Shown in pieces: positions 1 through 12,594 of a DNA stretch of 64,000 nucleotides (within the stretch, counting starts at the first letter, position 1; every line of letters begins with the position of its first letter). The notes under the pieces are model-generated. The model worked only from the letters and a program-made list of their open reading frames with translations. It was not told the DNA's origin and ran no database searches. The position numbers and the translations under genes are program-made. The stretch is from Selaginella moellendorffii. Lineage: Eukaryota; Plantae; Lycopodiophyta. Where the stretch lies: contig NW_003314335.1 of NCBI RefSeq assembly GCF_000143415.4, positions 179,982 to 243,981 of the forward strand. Direction: 5' to 3'.

Positions 1-468
1 ATTTGAGCTCCTCGACATAGCCGATGGCGTCGGCCATGATGGACGCCTTGTCCATCTGTCAGAAATCCCCAAAGATCGTTACTCCATCCATCAATCAATC
101 GAGAGAGAGAAAGAGAGGATAGAAATGTGAGAGATTTCCCTCACCTTCGTGATCTTTGGGACGAGAGCGCGAAGCGAGTAGAGCTTCTCGTTGAGCTTCT
201 GCCGGCGCTTGCGCTCCGAGAGGAGATTCTTGGAGAACTTCCTCTTGTTCCTCGAGGAACCGCGGCTGTCGTGCGTCGTCTCGTCATCGCTCAGGCTCTG
301 CTCGAACAACTCCGGCGATCCCGCATTAGCCTCGCCGCTGCGATCGCCCTTCTCCACCTCCGCCCCCGGATTGCTCATCTGATCCTCAAACATTTGCTCC
401 AGCAGCTGATCCGAGGAACCCGACTCCACATCGAACAGATCGAGGTCATAAGATTCCAGCGAGCTCAT
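1..468 (-). CDS. bHLH transcription factor (subgroup III, FIT/ICE-like), 5' part; runs off the window edge
   Basis: SKNLLSERKRRQKLNEKLYSLRALVPKITK, GT-AG intron 144-56, then MDKASIMADAIGYVEELK. ATG at 468. Confidence 0.9.
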
Positions 469-790
469 TAGCCACAAGAAAAGAAGAAATCCACTGGAAG
501 GATCTCCTACCTTGCAGAGCAGCACCCAAGAACCCTAGAGCCAAGGAAAGAAAAACCCTGCATTACGGCATATCCTCGCGGAATTTCTCCCATTCTTTTT
601 TCCATTTTCTTAACTGCAAAGTTGACTATGTGGCCAATAGCCTTTAATGTCGAGAACACAACTGTACAATTTACATGCGCCATCCCCATGCACCACACGG
701 CCTTTAAAAAAAAAGGTGGTACAAGCTAGGCGACAAAAAAGTATGAATCACGTTCTTTCAACTTTCCTTAATAATATAATTTAGTCAACG

Positions 791-1276
791 ATGTTAGTCA
801 AAGTGTGCCACGCTGGCCTTTTACAAAGAGGGAGTGGCGATGAACCACCACCACTGTCACCACATCACCACCAAAAGAAGGCGTCCAAAATCATTCACAC
901 CCTAGTAAATTGGTTGCATGGTGATGGTTCTTCCCCCTCTTATGAAACCATGGACGATCACCAAGAACACCACGGCACTGCTTGTCACCGCGAGAAGATC
1001 AAGGGCGGCAGCGTCCCCGTCTACGTTGGCCATGGCAACCCGGAGCGCTTCCTCGTCAAGCTCAAGCTCATCAATCACCCCCTGTTTCGAAAGCTCCTGG
1101 AGCTGACCGAGGAAGAGCTGGGCTTTTGCGACAACTGCCGCCTCGTCGTTCCCTGCGACGCTCACGTCTTCCAGAGGGTTATCGCTCGCATCGATGCCGA
1201 GGAGAGCGGGAGAAAGCTGCGCCCCGCCGAGGAGGAACTCCTCGGCCTCTTTGATTCCATCCCCGGTTCCTCGTAA
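791..1276 (+). CDS. SAUR (small auxin-up RNA) family protein
   Basis: Intronless ORF with GSVPVYVG..ERFLVKLKLINHPLFRKLLELTEEELGF..RLVVPCD. True start may be a later Met. Confidence 0.85.
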   Translation: MLVKVCHAGLLQRGSGDEPPPLSPHHHQKKASKIIHTLVNWLHGDGSSPSYETMDDHQEHHGTACHREKIKGGSVPVYVGHGNPERFLVKLKLINHPLFRKLLELTEEELGFCDNCRLVVPCDAHVFQRVIARIDAEESGRKLRPAEEELLGLFDSIPGSS

Positions 1277-1400
1277 TTAGCTCGTTGGAGTAACGCTTCC
1301 GGAACTTGAAAGGCTCGTTCTCCTGTGTTGTAACTGATGGGAGAACGATGAAAAGAAAGTAGAATGCAAATAGACTTACTTGTCTTGTATAAACATAAGA

Positions 1401-4051
1401 TTAGTCTTGTGTGTGCCGTGTTGTATTTTTGTTATACTTCTTAAAAGCCAGAGCTTGAGTGGCAGCAGGGTTCAAAGGGCTCCCTGCGTTGGAGCTTGAT
1501 CGGCTGCTGTGTTGAGTTCTGCTGAAACTCTTTAGTACGCTTGAAGCACTGCTGCTCCTACTGCTGCTACTGTCTTGGGAGAGATCTCCTATCAATAGAA
1601 TACTAACTGGAGAACCATTGAGAAGTCCACTGCTGCTAGAGCTTAAGCTTGTGTCTGAGAGCGAGTCTCCTTCCAAAAGACGAAGCACCTGGTGAAAAAG
1701 ACACGTTAAGCTGTGAAGCACACAGCATGTAAAGATCTGACCTGAGACATTCGAGGACGAATCAAAGGATCGGGGTCAATGCAAAGAGTGGCCGCAAGGA
1801 GCATGTTTTCCACCTCGTTTACACAAAATCTTCCCCGAAGCCGCTGATCAATCAGTTTCTCATACTTCTGCTCTCGAAGAAATGGTCGTGCCTGCATTCA
1901 ACAAGATTAGATGCAGCAAACTTCATTACTTATGGACTTACCCATTCCGACAAGCACATCTCTCCTTTGTTGCGAGATAAATCCACAGCCTTCCGACCAC
2001 TTACAAGCTCCAGGAGCACGATGCCAAAAGAGTAAACATCGGCTTTCTCTGTGATTTGTCCTGTTTGAGTATACTCAGGTGCCAAGTACCTACAGCTCCA
2101 GTGTCACCAAAGAATGAAGGCAAGGAAAAAAAACACAGCAAGAGTTACCCGAAAGCGCCAATGACTCTTGTCTCTACTCCGAGTTCTCCATTGGGTTGCC
2201 ATCTTGCAAGTCCAAAATCTCCCACCTGATGCTCAGACAAGTGAGTCGGACTATCCTATCGAATAGAAACTGAGACAAGAACTTACCATTGGCTCGAAGT
2301 CGTGGGTTAACAGAATGTTGTTTGGTCGCACGTCACGATGAACAATACATCCCACTCGGCACTCTTCATGTAAGTACCTCAAAGCTCGCGCGGCACCTAG
2401 CGCGATTTTCTGGCGAGCCGGCCATTCCAGAGTCACTGTTTTAGACCGCCTGCCATACAGGTGCGAATCCAGCGAGCCATTGCAAACGAACTCGTAAACG
2501 AGCAGCCTCTTCTTGTCTTCAGCGCAGTAGCCGATCAGCATCACCAAGTTTCGCTGCTGAGCACAGCTGAGAACTTCGACTTCCGCGCAGAATTCTTTGT
2601 CGCCCTGCGTGCTAGCCAGCTTATGCTGTTTGACAGCAACGGCTTGGCCATCAGGGAGCCTGCCCCTGTAAACTGAACCGTATCCACCTTCTGCGAGAAA
2701 GTTCACGTCCGAAAAGCCACCGGTTGCAAGTTGCAGCTCTGCGAAAGTGAATTTCCTGGGCGGCTTGCCGAAGACAGGCGTTTTGTGCTGGCAAATGGAG
2801 CATAAAGGAGGAGGCTGCGGAGACGACTGCTTTCTCAGATGGATCTGCTTTCGGACGCTGGACACTCGATCTACTGGCCTCGATACGTTTCTTTGCGTAT
2901 CCGTTTCCTCGGTATACTCCCGGCTTTCCTTCATTCGCAAGAAGTCATTAAGAACTTGTGGTTTATGGCTAGCTGGTGATGGAGTTGTGCTGTTCAGCAC
3001 TTCTGATGGCGGACCTGCAAAGCAATGGTTAAAACGGAATAAGAGCGAGCGAGCGTCCTACCTTTTCTACGGGTTTCATTTTTCAGCAACTCTTCTAAAA
3101 CTGAAAGCTCGAATTTCGGTGCCGTCACAAGTCGTGAATCCGGGCTACTGGCCTCTGAGCTGGATGTCGAGCTCTCCCAGTACAGCTGATCGAAGCCCTT
3201 GGGCATCACAGACAGGCTCAGTCCATTCAGAAGAACGGATGACGAGTCGATGGATTCTTCTTCATCGTACGGCAAATCACGTCTTTTGAGATTCAGCCTC
3301 AGGATTTTTGGATTGCTGCGATGCACAACGACGATATTGCTGTTAAGCTCTTGCAGGCAAAGCTTACCCTCGCTCTTTAGATTCCTGGCGTGAAAAGGAC
3401 TGTCACAGTAAACACCATCATACTTCCAACTTAGAAGACGTACCTATCAAGCACCACCCAAGTTGCCCGGAATCTCTTGGCCTCCGATGGAATGACTCCT
3501 CTACGAGCAAACTGGAGGATTTCTAGTGTCGTATGCACCTATGCTCACGAGATAGAATCTATAACTTAGCTCGACCATACCGAAATATAAAAAAACAAGC
3601 TCACCTTTTTAAGATCGTGGATTTTTCGGAGCTTCTCCATCACCATGGAGCATTTGTTCCGAATTTCTTCGAGCTCTTCCTTCCTAGTGGCTTTGAGCGA
3701 CGCAGCCGCTGCTGCTGCGCATTCTCCACCAAGCGCAGGAAATCCCCAGCTCTTCCAAACTGGAAAGCATCGAATGAGACTTTAAATCTAAGCGTATGGT
3801 CGACTGTTACCAGAATCTGAGGAATTGCTAGTGCTGCTGGCGGGCGCAATCGCCTGGAACACGATCCTATCGCCTGGATGAACCACGAGATTTGCTAGAG
3901 CCCAGTTTAGAGCATAGTCGGTCATCTTCTTGCTCGCGTCAACCGCGACGAGCACGATTTCTCGCTGAGACTCTTCGTCTGAGCTTTCCTGTGAACTGCT
4001 CACATCCATGACCTTGACTCGATTTAGCGGAAGGAGCTGAAATCTCTCCAT
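1401..4051 (-). CDS. USP-like domain + protein kinase (SELMODRAFT_444075-like RLCK)
   Basis: N-terminal [17 protein letters not shown]; [31 protein letters not shown]; [18 protein letters not shown] and YLAPEY motifs across multiple GT-AG exons; stop at 1401. Confidence 0.92.
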
Positions 4052-4769
4052 TGCTCCAGCCGTGACAAGAAGAAGAAGGGGAAAGGAGGATGCAAAGACT
4101 GGATCTTCACTGGAGCCCGGAATGCATGCGAGAGATCACAAAGCCCTAAGGGATCGATGCAAGGCATCTCTCATCCAGCTGCCGATCGACCGCTGCGAAA
4201 TCGAAATGCCGCCCTTCGATCCCGAAATATTTCGCGCACAATCCCCTAGAACCAGGAGCCGATCGATGTGCGATCGATCGGGCGGGCCAAGAACCGATAG
4301 CAATGCGATGGATCGATCGAGGAAGATGCCGGCGCCTCCTTTCTCCCCAATGCTTGCCCTCGCCACAACAAAGGAAGAGCGCAAAAGAAAAACCAAAAAG
4401 CTTGTCGTTTGAGCTATAGCTCTGCCGGCCCGCGCGATTGGGCACACGCGGTCAAGCGCACGGTTTGAGTGAAAGAGAAAACCTCGCGGTGCCAAACACG
4501 CGCTAAATCATGCGTCGCCATCGCCGGCCGTGCCGCGCGGCACGACCCAATGGCACTGCCGGCACCGAGCGCCACCGCGCGGTATACCACCCGCTAAGCG
4601 TAGCGTCAAAGCACAGCAAACTGTTAGGTGATCAATCACTCTCTGCCGATGACGAAAGTAACAACAAATTTCCTTGACAAATTCACACTGCTTTGTCCGA
4701 TTTCCATGAACAGTTCTTCCGAAATCTCCGGGAGAACTTTCCATCGAGAAACTTCTCTCATCACACGAC

Positions 4770-5127
4770 TCAAGAGTTTATTCCCTGGAACGCGATGATC
4801 CATCACCCACAAGATCTAATGGATTGTGCCCACTCTCACTTTCCACTCCTCGGCACTCCTCTCTTGCTCTTCCCGCAAGATGGGATTAGTCCTCAATTGC
4901 TCCTCTCTCATTCGTTTCTTCTCTTGCCGGAGCTGCCTCGCCTTCTCGATCTGTTCTTCCTGGAGAAGACCCACAAGAAAAATTTCTCTTGGGAGATCCA
5001 AATTTAACTCGCTTACCCTCGTGTACTTCAATTCCCTGACCCAATCTTTGTGGGCGATGTAGTAAGTGAGCGCAAAGTATGTGCCAATCGTGAGCCCAGC
5101 ATACTGGTACAGCCTGATCATCACCAT
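4770..5127 (-). CDS. Small (~81 aa) single-pass membrane protein of unknown function
   Basis: Three-exon model: MVMIRLYQYAGLTIGTYFALTYYIAHKDWVRELKYTR | EEQIEKARQLRQEKKRMREEQLRTNPILREEQERSAEEWK | GINS*. Canonical short GT-AG introns. Confidence 0.55.
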
Positions 5128-5199
5128 CTTGCCCAAGCGCGAGAGAAATCGAAGAACCCTAAAATTTCCTGCCCCACAAAACTTAGGGTTCCTGGGCGA

Positions 5200-6025
5200 C
5201 TATTTGGACAAGTCGAGCTTGCTTCTCTTTCCCTTGCTCGATTCGCCGCCTTCGGATTGTGATCGTTTCTTGGACAAAGACTTGCTGCGCTTGCTAGATT
5301 CTCTGGTGATCCCGCTCTTTTCCTGATCGGATACAGCACCCACAGACGCGATCTCTGCTCGAAAGTTTTTGTGAGATCTTCGTTCTGGGAGAAAAATTCT
5401 CGTACCTTCCGCGTGATTTGGAGCAGCATCCACGTTCTCGGCAGCAACAGGATGAGCAATTGTCGGCTCGACGCTCCTCACAATGCTCACTTCCACCGGC
5501 ACTGGCCTCACTAAAATCCATAGCAAAAGCTTTAGAAACTCAAAAGAAACTCTGCGAGATCTATCTCACCTTCGATCTTGTCTTGAGTTGGAACATAGGC
5601 GTACTTACTGCTCCCTTGAATGTCGTGTCTTTGAAAGCTATACTTCACTCCTGCCGATGATCCGCGAGAGCTTCTCATCAAGAACAACGAAAAACTATGA
5701 ATTTCTATCTACCATTGCATACCAAATGCCCCATATTGCCATCGGCGGCCTCGAGCTTCAATCTCCAGCTCGTATTCGACAGCTCCTCGAGATCTAGCTG
5801 CCACGAAACAATCAGACCTCACTCACGCATTCGCGATTTCGACTCACATCGGGGAGCCGAAGCAGCCACAGCTCCTTGTTAGGATCCAAGGCCTCGTCCA
5901 GCAGCGGCTGCATTGCCTCCACGCGCTGGAACGACCGCGGCGCCTCGTAGCTGCAAGACAAGTGGCCGAATCAATCGCGAGTGAGAGCCAAAGATCAACA
6001 CTCACGGCGCCGGCGCAGCGTCCAT
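5200..6025 (-). CDS. Mediator-associated protein 2-like / RNA Pol I RPA34-like protein
   Basis: MDAAPAP|YEAPRSFQRVEAMQPLLDEALDPNKELWLLRLPD resembles the YxxPxxF..ELWLIxLP N-terminus of this family. Lys/Ser-rich tail ends at 5200. Middle exons are uncertain. Confidence 0.6.
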
Positions 6026-6105
6026 AGCTCTTTCCATCATTCAAGAGCCCTAAAACTTTCAAAACCCAAGAACCCTAAAACACTTTCCCAAAGGCTTTCA
6101 ACTAT

Positions 6106-7323
6106 TTACATCTCGGCGGATAACTTTTCTTTCTCGCGCGCCGCTTGCTGCTGGATCCCATAGAGCCGGAAGAGATGATACGCCGAAATGCCCACCACCA
6201 CGAAAGAAACGAGCGCAGCGATGAAGCAAATTACAACCGAGATCGCGTAAACCGTGCAGAAGTAGCCGAAAGCGTTGCAAACTTTTCTCCACAGCACCGC
6301 CGGAGCTCCTTCCTCGGCCAGGTATCCAATCTCGGTTGCCACTGCGGCGCCGCTGAGCAGGAGATAACCCATCATCTGGAAGAAGAAAAACAGAGTGAGA
6401 GATTGTCTCAAACACGATCAAAGTAAGAGTGGATCAAACACGATCCTGGAGGAACTTTAAGAAACATGGATCAATGAAAAGGAATTCTTCTAGCAGCAGC
6501 GATTAAAGAACGAGGAATTGTCCGAGTAGCAGCGATTTGACAGGCAGAGGAGAAAAAAGATGTCTGTTCGATCACAGCCGAGGATGATAATCAAATCAAA
6601 GGAAAGAAATCCTTTTGATCATTTGCAGCTCGGCAGAGAAGCATGGACACACGACAAAAGCACTCACGAGGATCGTACATTAACATTTCACGCGATTCAC
6701 GGGCCTATCAAACTTCAATCACGGGGCTCGGGAAGGACTACGGAGATAGCGAGCAACTTGGGACGATCGAGAAGTAGCAAACTTGAAGAACACTGGAAGG
6801 AGAACGTACACAAGAACTTTCGAAAGCAAAAGCGAGCATTAAATTCTAGAAACTGACCGAGTCTGCGATGAAAGAGATCCAGGCAACGCTTTTGCAATCC
6901 ACCACTGTTCCCTTGGTCGCAACGAGGCCGATGTTGAAAAGAAGATGGAGCACTGTGTAGCCGATCACTACTCCCAGCGCATCCACATAGAACCTGGGAG
7001 AGAATCAAAATCGAGGGAACAGAGCTCTCGCGGCAGAGAAAGAGGGAAAAGAGGAGAACTTACTTGAGACCAGTGACGAGCTCATACTTCGCGGTTTTAG
7101 TGACGAAGACGGGCCTTGGGAGGCCGAAGAACGGAAGAGGGACTGAGCCGGTCTCTCGATCGGTGACCATGAGAGCCTCCGAGATGATCACCAGAACCAG
7201 CAAGAAGCTCCTCAGTAGGATGATGCTAATCCGGAACTCGTGCTCGTGATCGCCCATTTTCCTGTCGTCGCCCACTGGACTGCCGCCGGCACTGCCATTC
7301 ATCGCCTTGCTCGAAGAATCCAT
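6106..7323 (-). CDS. CASP-like (CASPL2-type, MARVEL/DUF588) protein
   Basis: Three exons: [31 protein letters not shown]; [45 protein letters not shown]. Confidence 0.9.
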
Positions 7324-7962
7324 CGCGGCGAGTAAAACAAAAGCTTCTCTTCTCGCGATCAGCAGCCACTGGTAAATGCCGAGACTGGAGCCGTGCTGCT
7401 AGAGGGTCATGTCGATCGATTGATATGATAGATATTTTCCTCCCAGAAATTCCACGCGACAAGCGGACGGTAACCTCAAGAGTGATGAGCAAAGAGGATG
7501 AGGAACACCGATCGCTCGCCTACGGCTCGATCGTGCGGCGGAGGATTGGGAACGAGAGAATCCATGTGGAGCAATGAATTCGCGCGCTCGTCCAGCTCGT
7601 CCTGCCATTCAATGCTGTCGCCCATCTGTCGCGAGCACAAAACAAAAAGAAGACGAAGACCTAAAAAGAGGAAAAGATTCGATAGCACATTCTTTTTGGC
7701 GCGAGCCGCCAGGTAATATACCGGCAGTCAAATCACGGCCGTTAGCTGCCGGGATATTCGCTAGGCTTTTCTCTCCTCCTCGATAAGGGGCGCTTGCGTG
7801 TCGAAGATCCGAGGCGCCAGCCCTAGGGCGTCACTGCGCGCTCCTCCATCGATCCGCGCCATGGTAAGACGCTTCCAGGGGAGTGGGATCGTCCCGGGGT
7901 TAGGGTTCTTGTAGGATGGACAGCGCGATCTAGAGAGATTTCCGGGGCAGCGGCAGTGAGAA

Positions 7963-9236
7963 ATGGGAGCTGTGACGTCCACTGTGGCTGCCAAGTTCGC
8001 GTTTTTTCCCCCGAATCCGCCATCGTATAGGGTAGTCAAGGACGAGGTGACTGGGAATTTGATGCTCTCGGATGTGCCGCGCAGCGATTCCGTGGATGTG
8101 AGAATTTTGAGAACCAAGAGGGGGCAGGATATCGTGTCCCTCTATATCAAAAACCAGGAGGCTCGTCTCACGCTTTTATACTCCCATGGCAACGCTGCGG
8201 ACTTGGGCCAAATGTATGAGCTCTTCCTTGAGCTAAGCCGTCACCTACGAGTAAATCTCATGGGGTAAGCTTCTTCTCTTCTCTTGCGTTGTTTTTCTTT
8301 TTCCTTTCTGTTCTTCATGGTTTTGAGCTCATAGTTTACTTCTGGAAGTGTTTGCGTTTTTTTTTTCGTTTTTGTGCCATGGTTAAAGCTCTGGCTTTTT
8401 CTTTGCTCTTTATTGGATTGAGTGGACTGTGTCTGTGGCAGCTATGATTATACAGGGTATGGAGCGTCCACTGGAAAGGTAAATCTCCCAGCCAGGTTTT
8501 GTCCGAAGAACTTTGTCTTTTGACAGTTTCTCTTTTGTGAGCTCGCAGCCGACGGAGTTTAACACGTATGCTGACATTGAGGCGGTCTACGAGTGCCTGG
8601 AGCGCGACTATGGTGTCAAACAGGAGGACCTTGTCCTGTATGGACAGTCCGTTGGGAGTGGACCGACACTCGACTTGGCAGCGCGACTGCCAAGGCTCCG
8701 GGCTGTAGTTCTTCACAGCCCGATTCTATCTGGACTGCGAGTAATGTATCCCGTGAAGCGCACGTACTGGTTTGACATCTACAAGGTACTTTGTTGTTTT
8801 CTCTTTTCACTCTTCCCAGCACGCAAGCTCCGCTCACTGCTTTTTTTTGTTTTCGCGCAGAATATCGACAAGATAGGCCAAGTTAACTGTCCAGTTCTCG
8901 TGATTCATGTAGGTGATGGGATGGAAGGGATTAGTTCCATTCCATTCCCTCTGAGAGTTTTCTTTGTCCTCTTTTGATTCTCTTTGCGTGTTTCGGCAGG
9001 GGACCTCGGATGACGTTGTGGATTGCTCGCATGGAAAGCAGCTCTGGGACCTCTGCAAAGAGAAGTACGAGCCGCTGTGGCTCAAGGGCGGTGGCCACTG
9101 CAATCTGGAGCTGTATCCGGAGTACATCCGGCACCTCAGGAAATTCATCTCCACGCAGGAGAAAGCGGCGTTGGGAAGGAACCGATCGAGCAGGAAGAGC
9201 ACAGATCAACAAAGTGAGCGAACACTGACTTGCTAA
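7963..9236 (+). CDS. ABHD17-type alpha/beta hydrolase (de-S-acylase)
   Basis: [37 protein letters not shown] nucleophile elbow, [16 protein letters not shown]. Confidence 0.95.
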
Positions 9237-9605
9237 AAGAGCCAGACGATCGAAACCAAACGAAAAGCAAAAGAGAATACCATGCTAACTTTTTAAGTGC
9301 GGGTGTGTTCATTCGTTCATTTGTTTGTGTAAATACATAGCTTGTGATACACTTATTATTCCAGAGCTATATTCTTTGTGTCTTTTGGGAAAGCTGACGA
9401 GATGGAAAAAGAGAGGAATCTACGGCCCAAAACTTTAGTCCTTGTCTCTATGGGACAAAAAATTCTCCCCGTGCTTCACAGTATCACAGAGGAGAGAGAG
9501 AGAGAGAGGGAAACTCACACACACACTTGTGGATGAAGACCACTCGACGTTAGCTCAACATCGCAGCAAGAAGAGGTTGAAAAGTCGTGAGACGATTTGG
9601 AAACC

Positions 9606-10349
9606 ATGCTCGAGTTGTATGAGAAGCGCAGGGCGCTGCTGCTGCTGAGGCTTGCAGCTATGTTCTTGAGCCTCGCTGCCTTGCTCATCACGGTTCTCAA
9701 TCGAGAGGATGGTTTCTTTTCTATCAATGTCTTTGGATCGCCACAGCCAATTCTCACCAAAGCTACCGCCGATTTCACGCTCGTCAAGGGACTCAAGTCA
9801 GTGGGGAATCATTGGAAATCTTTGAAAGCCTGTTGATCTGATGCTTCTTTGTAAAGGTTTTTCGCGGGAGCAATGGGCATTGTGGCTGGCTACTCTTTCC
9901 TGCAGCTAGCAATCGCAATGGCATCAATGTTTTCAGGAGCTCCAAGCATCTTGGGAGGGAAACGTATGGCATGGCTATGCTTCGTGGGAGACATGGTATG
10001 TGTGTTAGAACAACTCTTTTTCTTTCTAAAAGAAAAAGAAAATACCAAGGAATTTTTCTGAATTCTGCAGACAGCGTCGCACCTGTGTGCGGCTGCAGCT
10101 GCGGTTTCTGCACAGCTGGCGTACTTGGGCAAGCGAGGCGCACCAATGTGGAGTGCGGTGTGCACGTATTTCAGTCACTACTGCCTTGTGTTTGGTTTGG
10201 CCGTGATTTTCGCCTTCTTGGCCACTCTGGCAGCACTTCTGGTGGCTTCAATCTCTTCGTACCACCTGTTCCGGCTGCATGGCATTCTGCAGCAGCAGCA
10301 GCAGCAGCGGCGGCAACTGCAGCAAGAGCATGTTCAAGACAAGCCATAA
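9606..10349 (+). CDS. CASP-like (CASPL2-type) protein, paralog of 6106-7323
   Basis: LLLRLAAMFLSLAALLITVLN..ADFTLVKGLK; WLCFVGD; WSAVCTYFSHYC..ISSYHLFRLHG followed by a polyQ tail. Confidence 0.9.
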
Positions 10350-10839
10350 CACAAACAATGGCTTCTAGTCTTAAGATTGAACATTAAATCAACTAATGTA
10401 TAATTTAAGTAAATATATAATTCTCTTATTTCTTTTTATTTCATTTTCTTATTACTTTTTACTAATACTTGGGATCCCTTTAGGGCAGATGTATTTTGTG
10501 CCCTATACGCAATGTGCAAGGAGCTCGTGGTGGATGAAGTTTGCAGCCGATCGATGAAGAAGACGATCCCTCGTATTATCAAGAGTGGCCACCAACAGCG
10601 CCACCATCACAGGAAGCCTCCGCTCGCGCCCCACTGCCATGGGGCGGCGAGTTGCAAGCTTTGCATCCTCCAGCAGCAGCAATGGGCGGATCTCGAGCTC
10701 CATCTCTCTCGAGCGATCACTCTCTCCGCCCCTGGCGCTGTGGAGATGAAGATCCCACCACCACCATCAGTTCCAAGTGTGGTGGAGATGGAGATGGAGA
10801 TTCCATCAGTTTCAAGAGTGTTGGAGATGGAGACTCCTT

Positions 10840-11165
10840 GCAAGTGATCATTGACATTCTTATGCCACAACTGTTGTATAAAAGTGTTGTAAGAAATGTT
10901 CTATGGACAAGGTTAAGCTTTCACAAGAAGTCAAACAATCCTTTTACCACGATATTTTGAAAAATTAGGGCTCCGTGCAATTGATCATTGACATTCTTAT
11001 GCTCTTCTTTCACAACTGTTGTACCTCCACGAGAACATAATCATAGGAAAATTCCATGGAACGACAATTCCAATTGATGTATGGATTAAAGTGATGTAAG
11101 AAATAAGCTTTTCAAACAATCCTTTTACGACAAATCTAAAAGATATTTTAAAAAATTAGGGCTCT
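10840..11165. repeat. Degenerate direct duplication (units of ~135 and ~190 bp)
   Basis: TGATCATTGACATTCTTATG, CACAACTGTTGTA, CAAACAATCCTTTTAC and AAAAATTAGGGCTC each occur twice in the same order. Confidence 0.7.
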
Positions 11166-11200
11166 TCCATTTCGCCTTTTTTGCTTCCTCGTTCTTGGGG

Positions 11201-12594
11201 ATGACCTCTCTCCTCCAATTCCTCGAAGTGGAATGGCCCTTCTTGCTCTGCATCCTCGAGGTCGGCCTCTGCGTCGCCGCTGCCATCGCCGTCGTCGTCA
11301 AATTCGAAGCTCGGCCCTCCACGAAGCGGATCGATAGTAGCGGGAATGGCGGCGACGCGGCGGCGCTCGCATCGATCCAGCTCTTCCGCTGCTCCTCCGG
11401 CGTCCTCCACCCGGCCTGGCTCGCCGGGATCCGGGCAATCTCTTTCATCTACTTGCTTAGCATTTGGATTATCAGCTTCGTCGCCAGCGGCCCATTGTCG
11501 CTCGTCTTTTACACTCAGTGAGTTACTATTAGCGCGAATTTCTCGTTGATCTTCTTCCTTGCTTCTCCAGATGGACTTTCACATTGCTCGTGATCTACTT
11601 CGGGGTAAGAAAGTTCCACCTCTCGATTCTTCTCATCGTGTTTGTTCTTTGTTTTTCAGCTAGCCAGTTATATAAGCATCACCAAGCTCGTTTCCGGCGC
11701 CGCCAAGGAAAAGAAGATAGTTCTGGTCGACGAGAGCTTGGGCGACGAGGAAACTGGGAACTTCATCGAGCAGGAAAGCATTGCTGACACTACCGAGGAC
11801 GAAACGGATGCTTCGGCTGGATTCATCGGCTACGCAACGCTTGTTATCTTCCAGGTACTTGAAAAAACTTCTCGGCTTGAAAACTCTAATGGTGGTTTCT
11901 CAAAGACGGCTACCGCGGCATCGGTTTTGACTGACACTGTCTACTGGTTCATCCTCGTCCCGTATGTTCTAGCCAGTCCTTTCTTCGACTTAAACTTCGT
12001 AAGCAAGAACAAGAGAAAAAAGATCTCTTCGTTCGCTCACAATTCTCTCAAGTTCTTCACCCGCAGGTAAATCTCAACATGCATGGCGTCAACGCGATCT
12101 TTTTGCTCGCGGAGCTCTTCCTCAATGACTTGGTACGCATCAAGCTTTTGTTTCTCATCCCGCGGGTTCTATAGTTTTTATTCCACAGCCTTTTCCATGG
12201 TTCCGGGGCGCTTATTTCGTGTTTTGGACCGCTGCATACGTTGTTTTTCAATGGTTCATCCACGGGACAAGGCTCCTAACATGGTAACGAACGATCCTTC
12301 CAAGATTTCCATCGGTTTTTAATAATCTCTCGTTCTTCTCTCAGGTGGCCATATCCTTTTCTCGAGGTCTCAACGCATTATGCTCCGGCGTGGTAAGTCT
12401 AGACGAGAAAGAAGAAACTGGAGGGAGTTAATATTTCTTTTTCCTCTGTTTTCATTCTTCTGGATTCGTTTCTTTACAGGTACTTTGGCCTCGCCTTCGC
12501 CCATTTGATTTGCTTCCTCATTTGTTTAGCACTGGCAAGAACCAAACAGCCAGTGATCAGCTATTTTGTCAGCAGGAGTGCTCGTCAGAAGTAA
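11201..12594 (+). CDS. Multi-pass membrane protein, rolling-stone / FAR-17a-AIG1-like family
   Basis: HPAWL..R, FYTQWTF, LTDTVYW, MHGVNA, FPWFR..YF..WT, WWPYPFL..APAWY motifs. Stop at 12592-12594. Confidence 0.85.

Noticed and set aside
2310-2345. Kinase catalytic loop HRDVRPNN (Arg instead of Lys) as a novel pseudokinase
   Set aside because: HRD(M/V)RPNN is the normal state of this subfamily, and VAVK and DFG are intact.
10503-10960. Overlapping 111 and 139 aa ORFs
   Set aside because: No family motif, partly built from short GGAGAT repeats, and the coding frame cannot be chosen.
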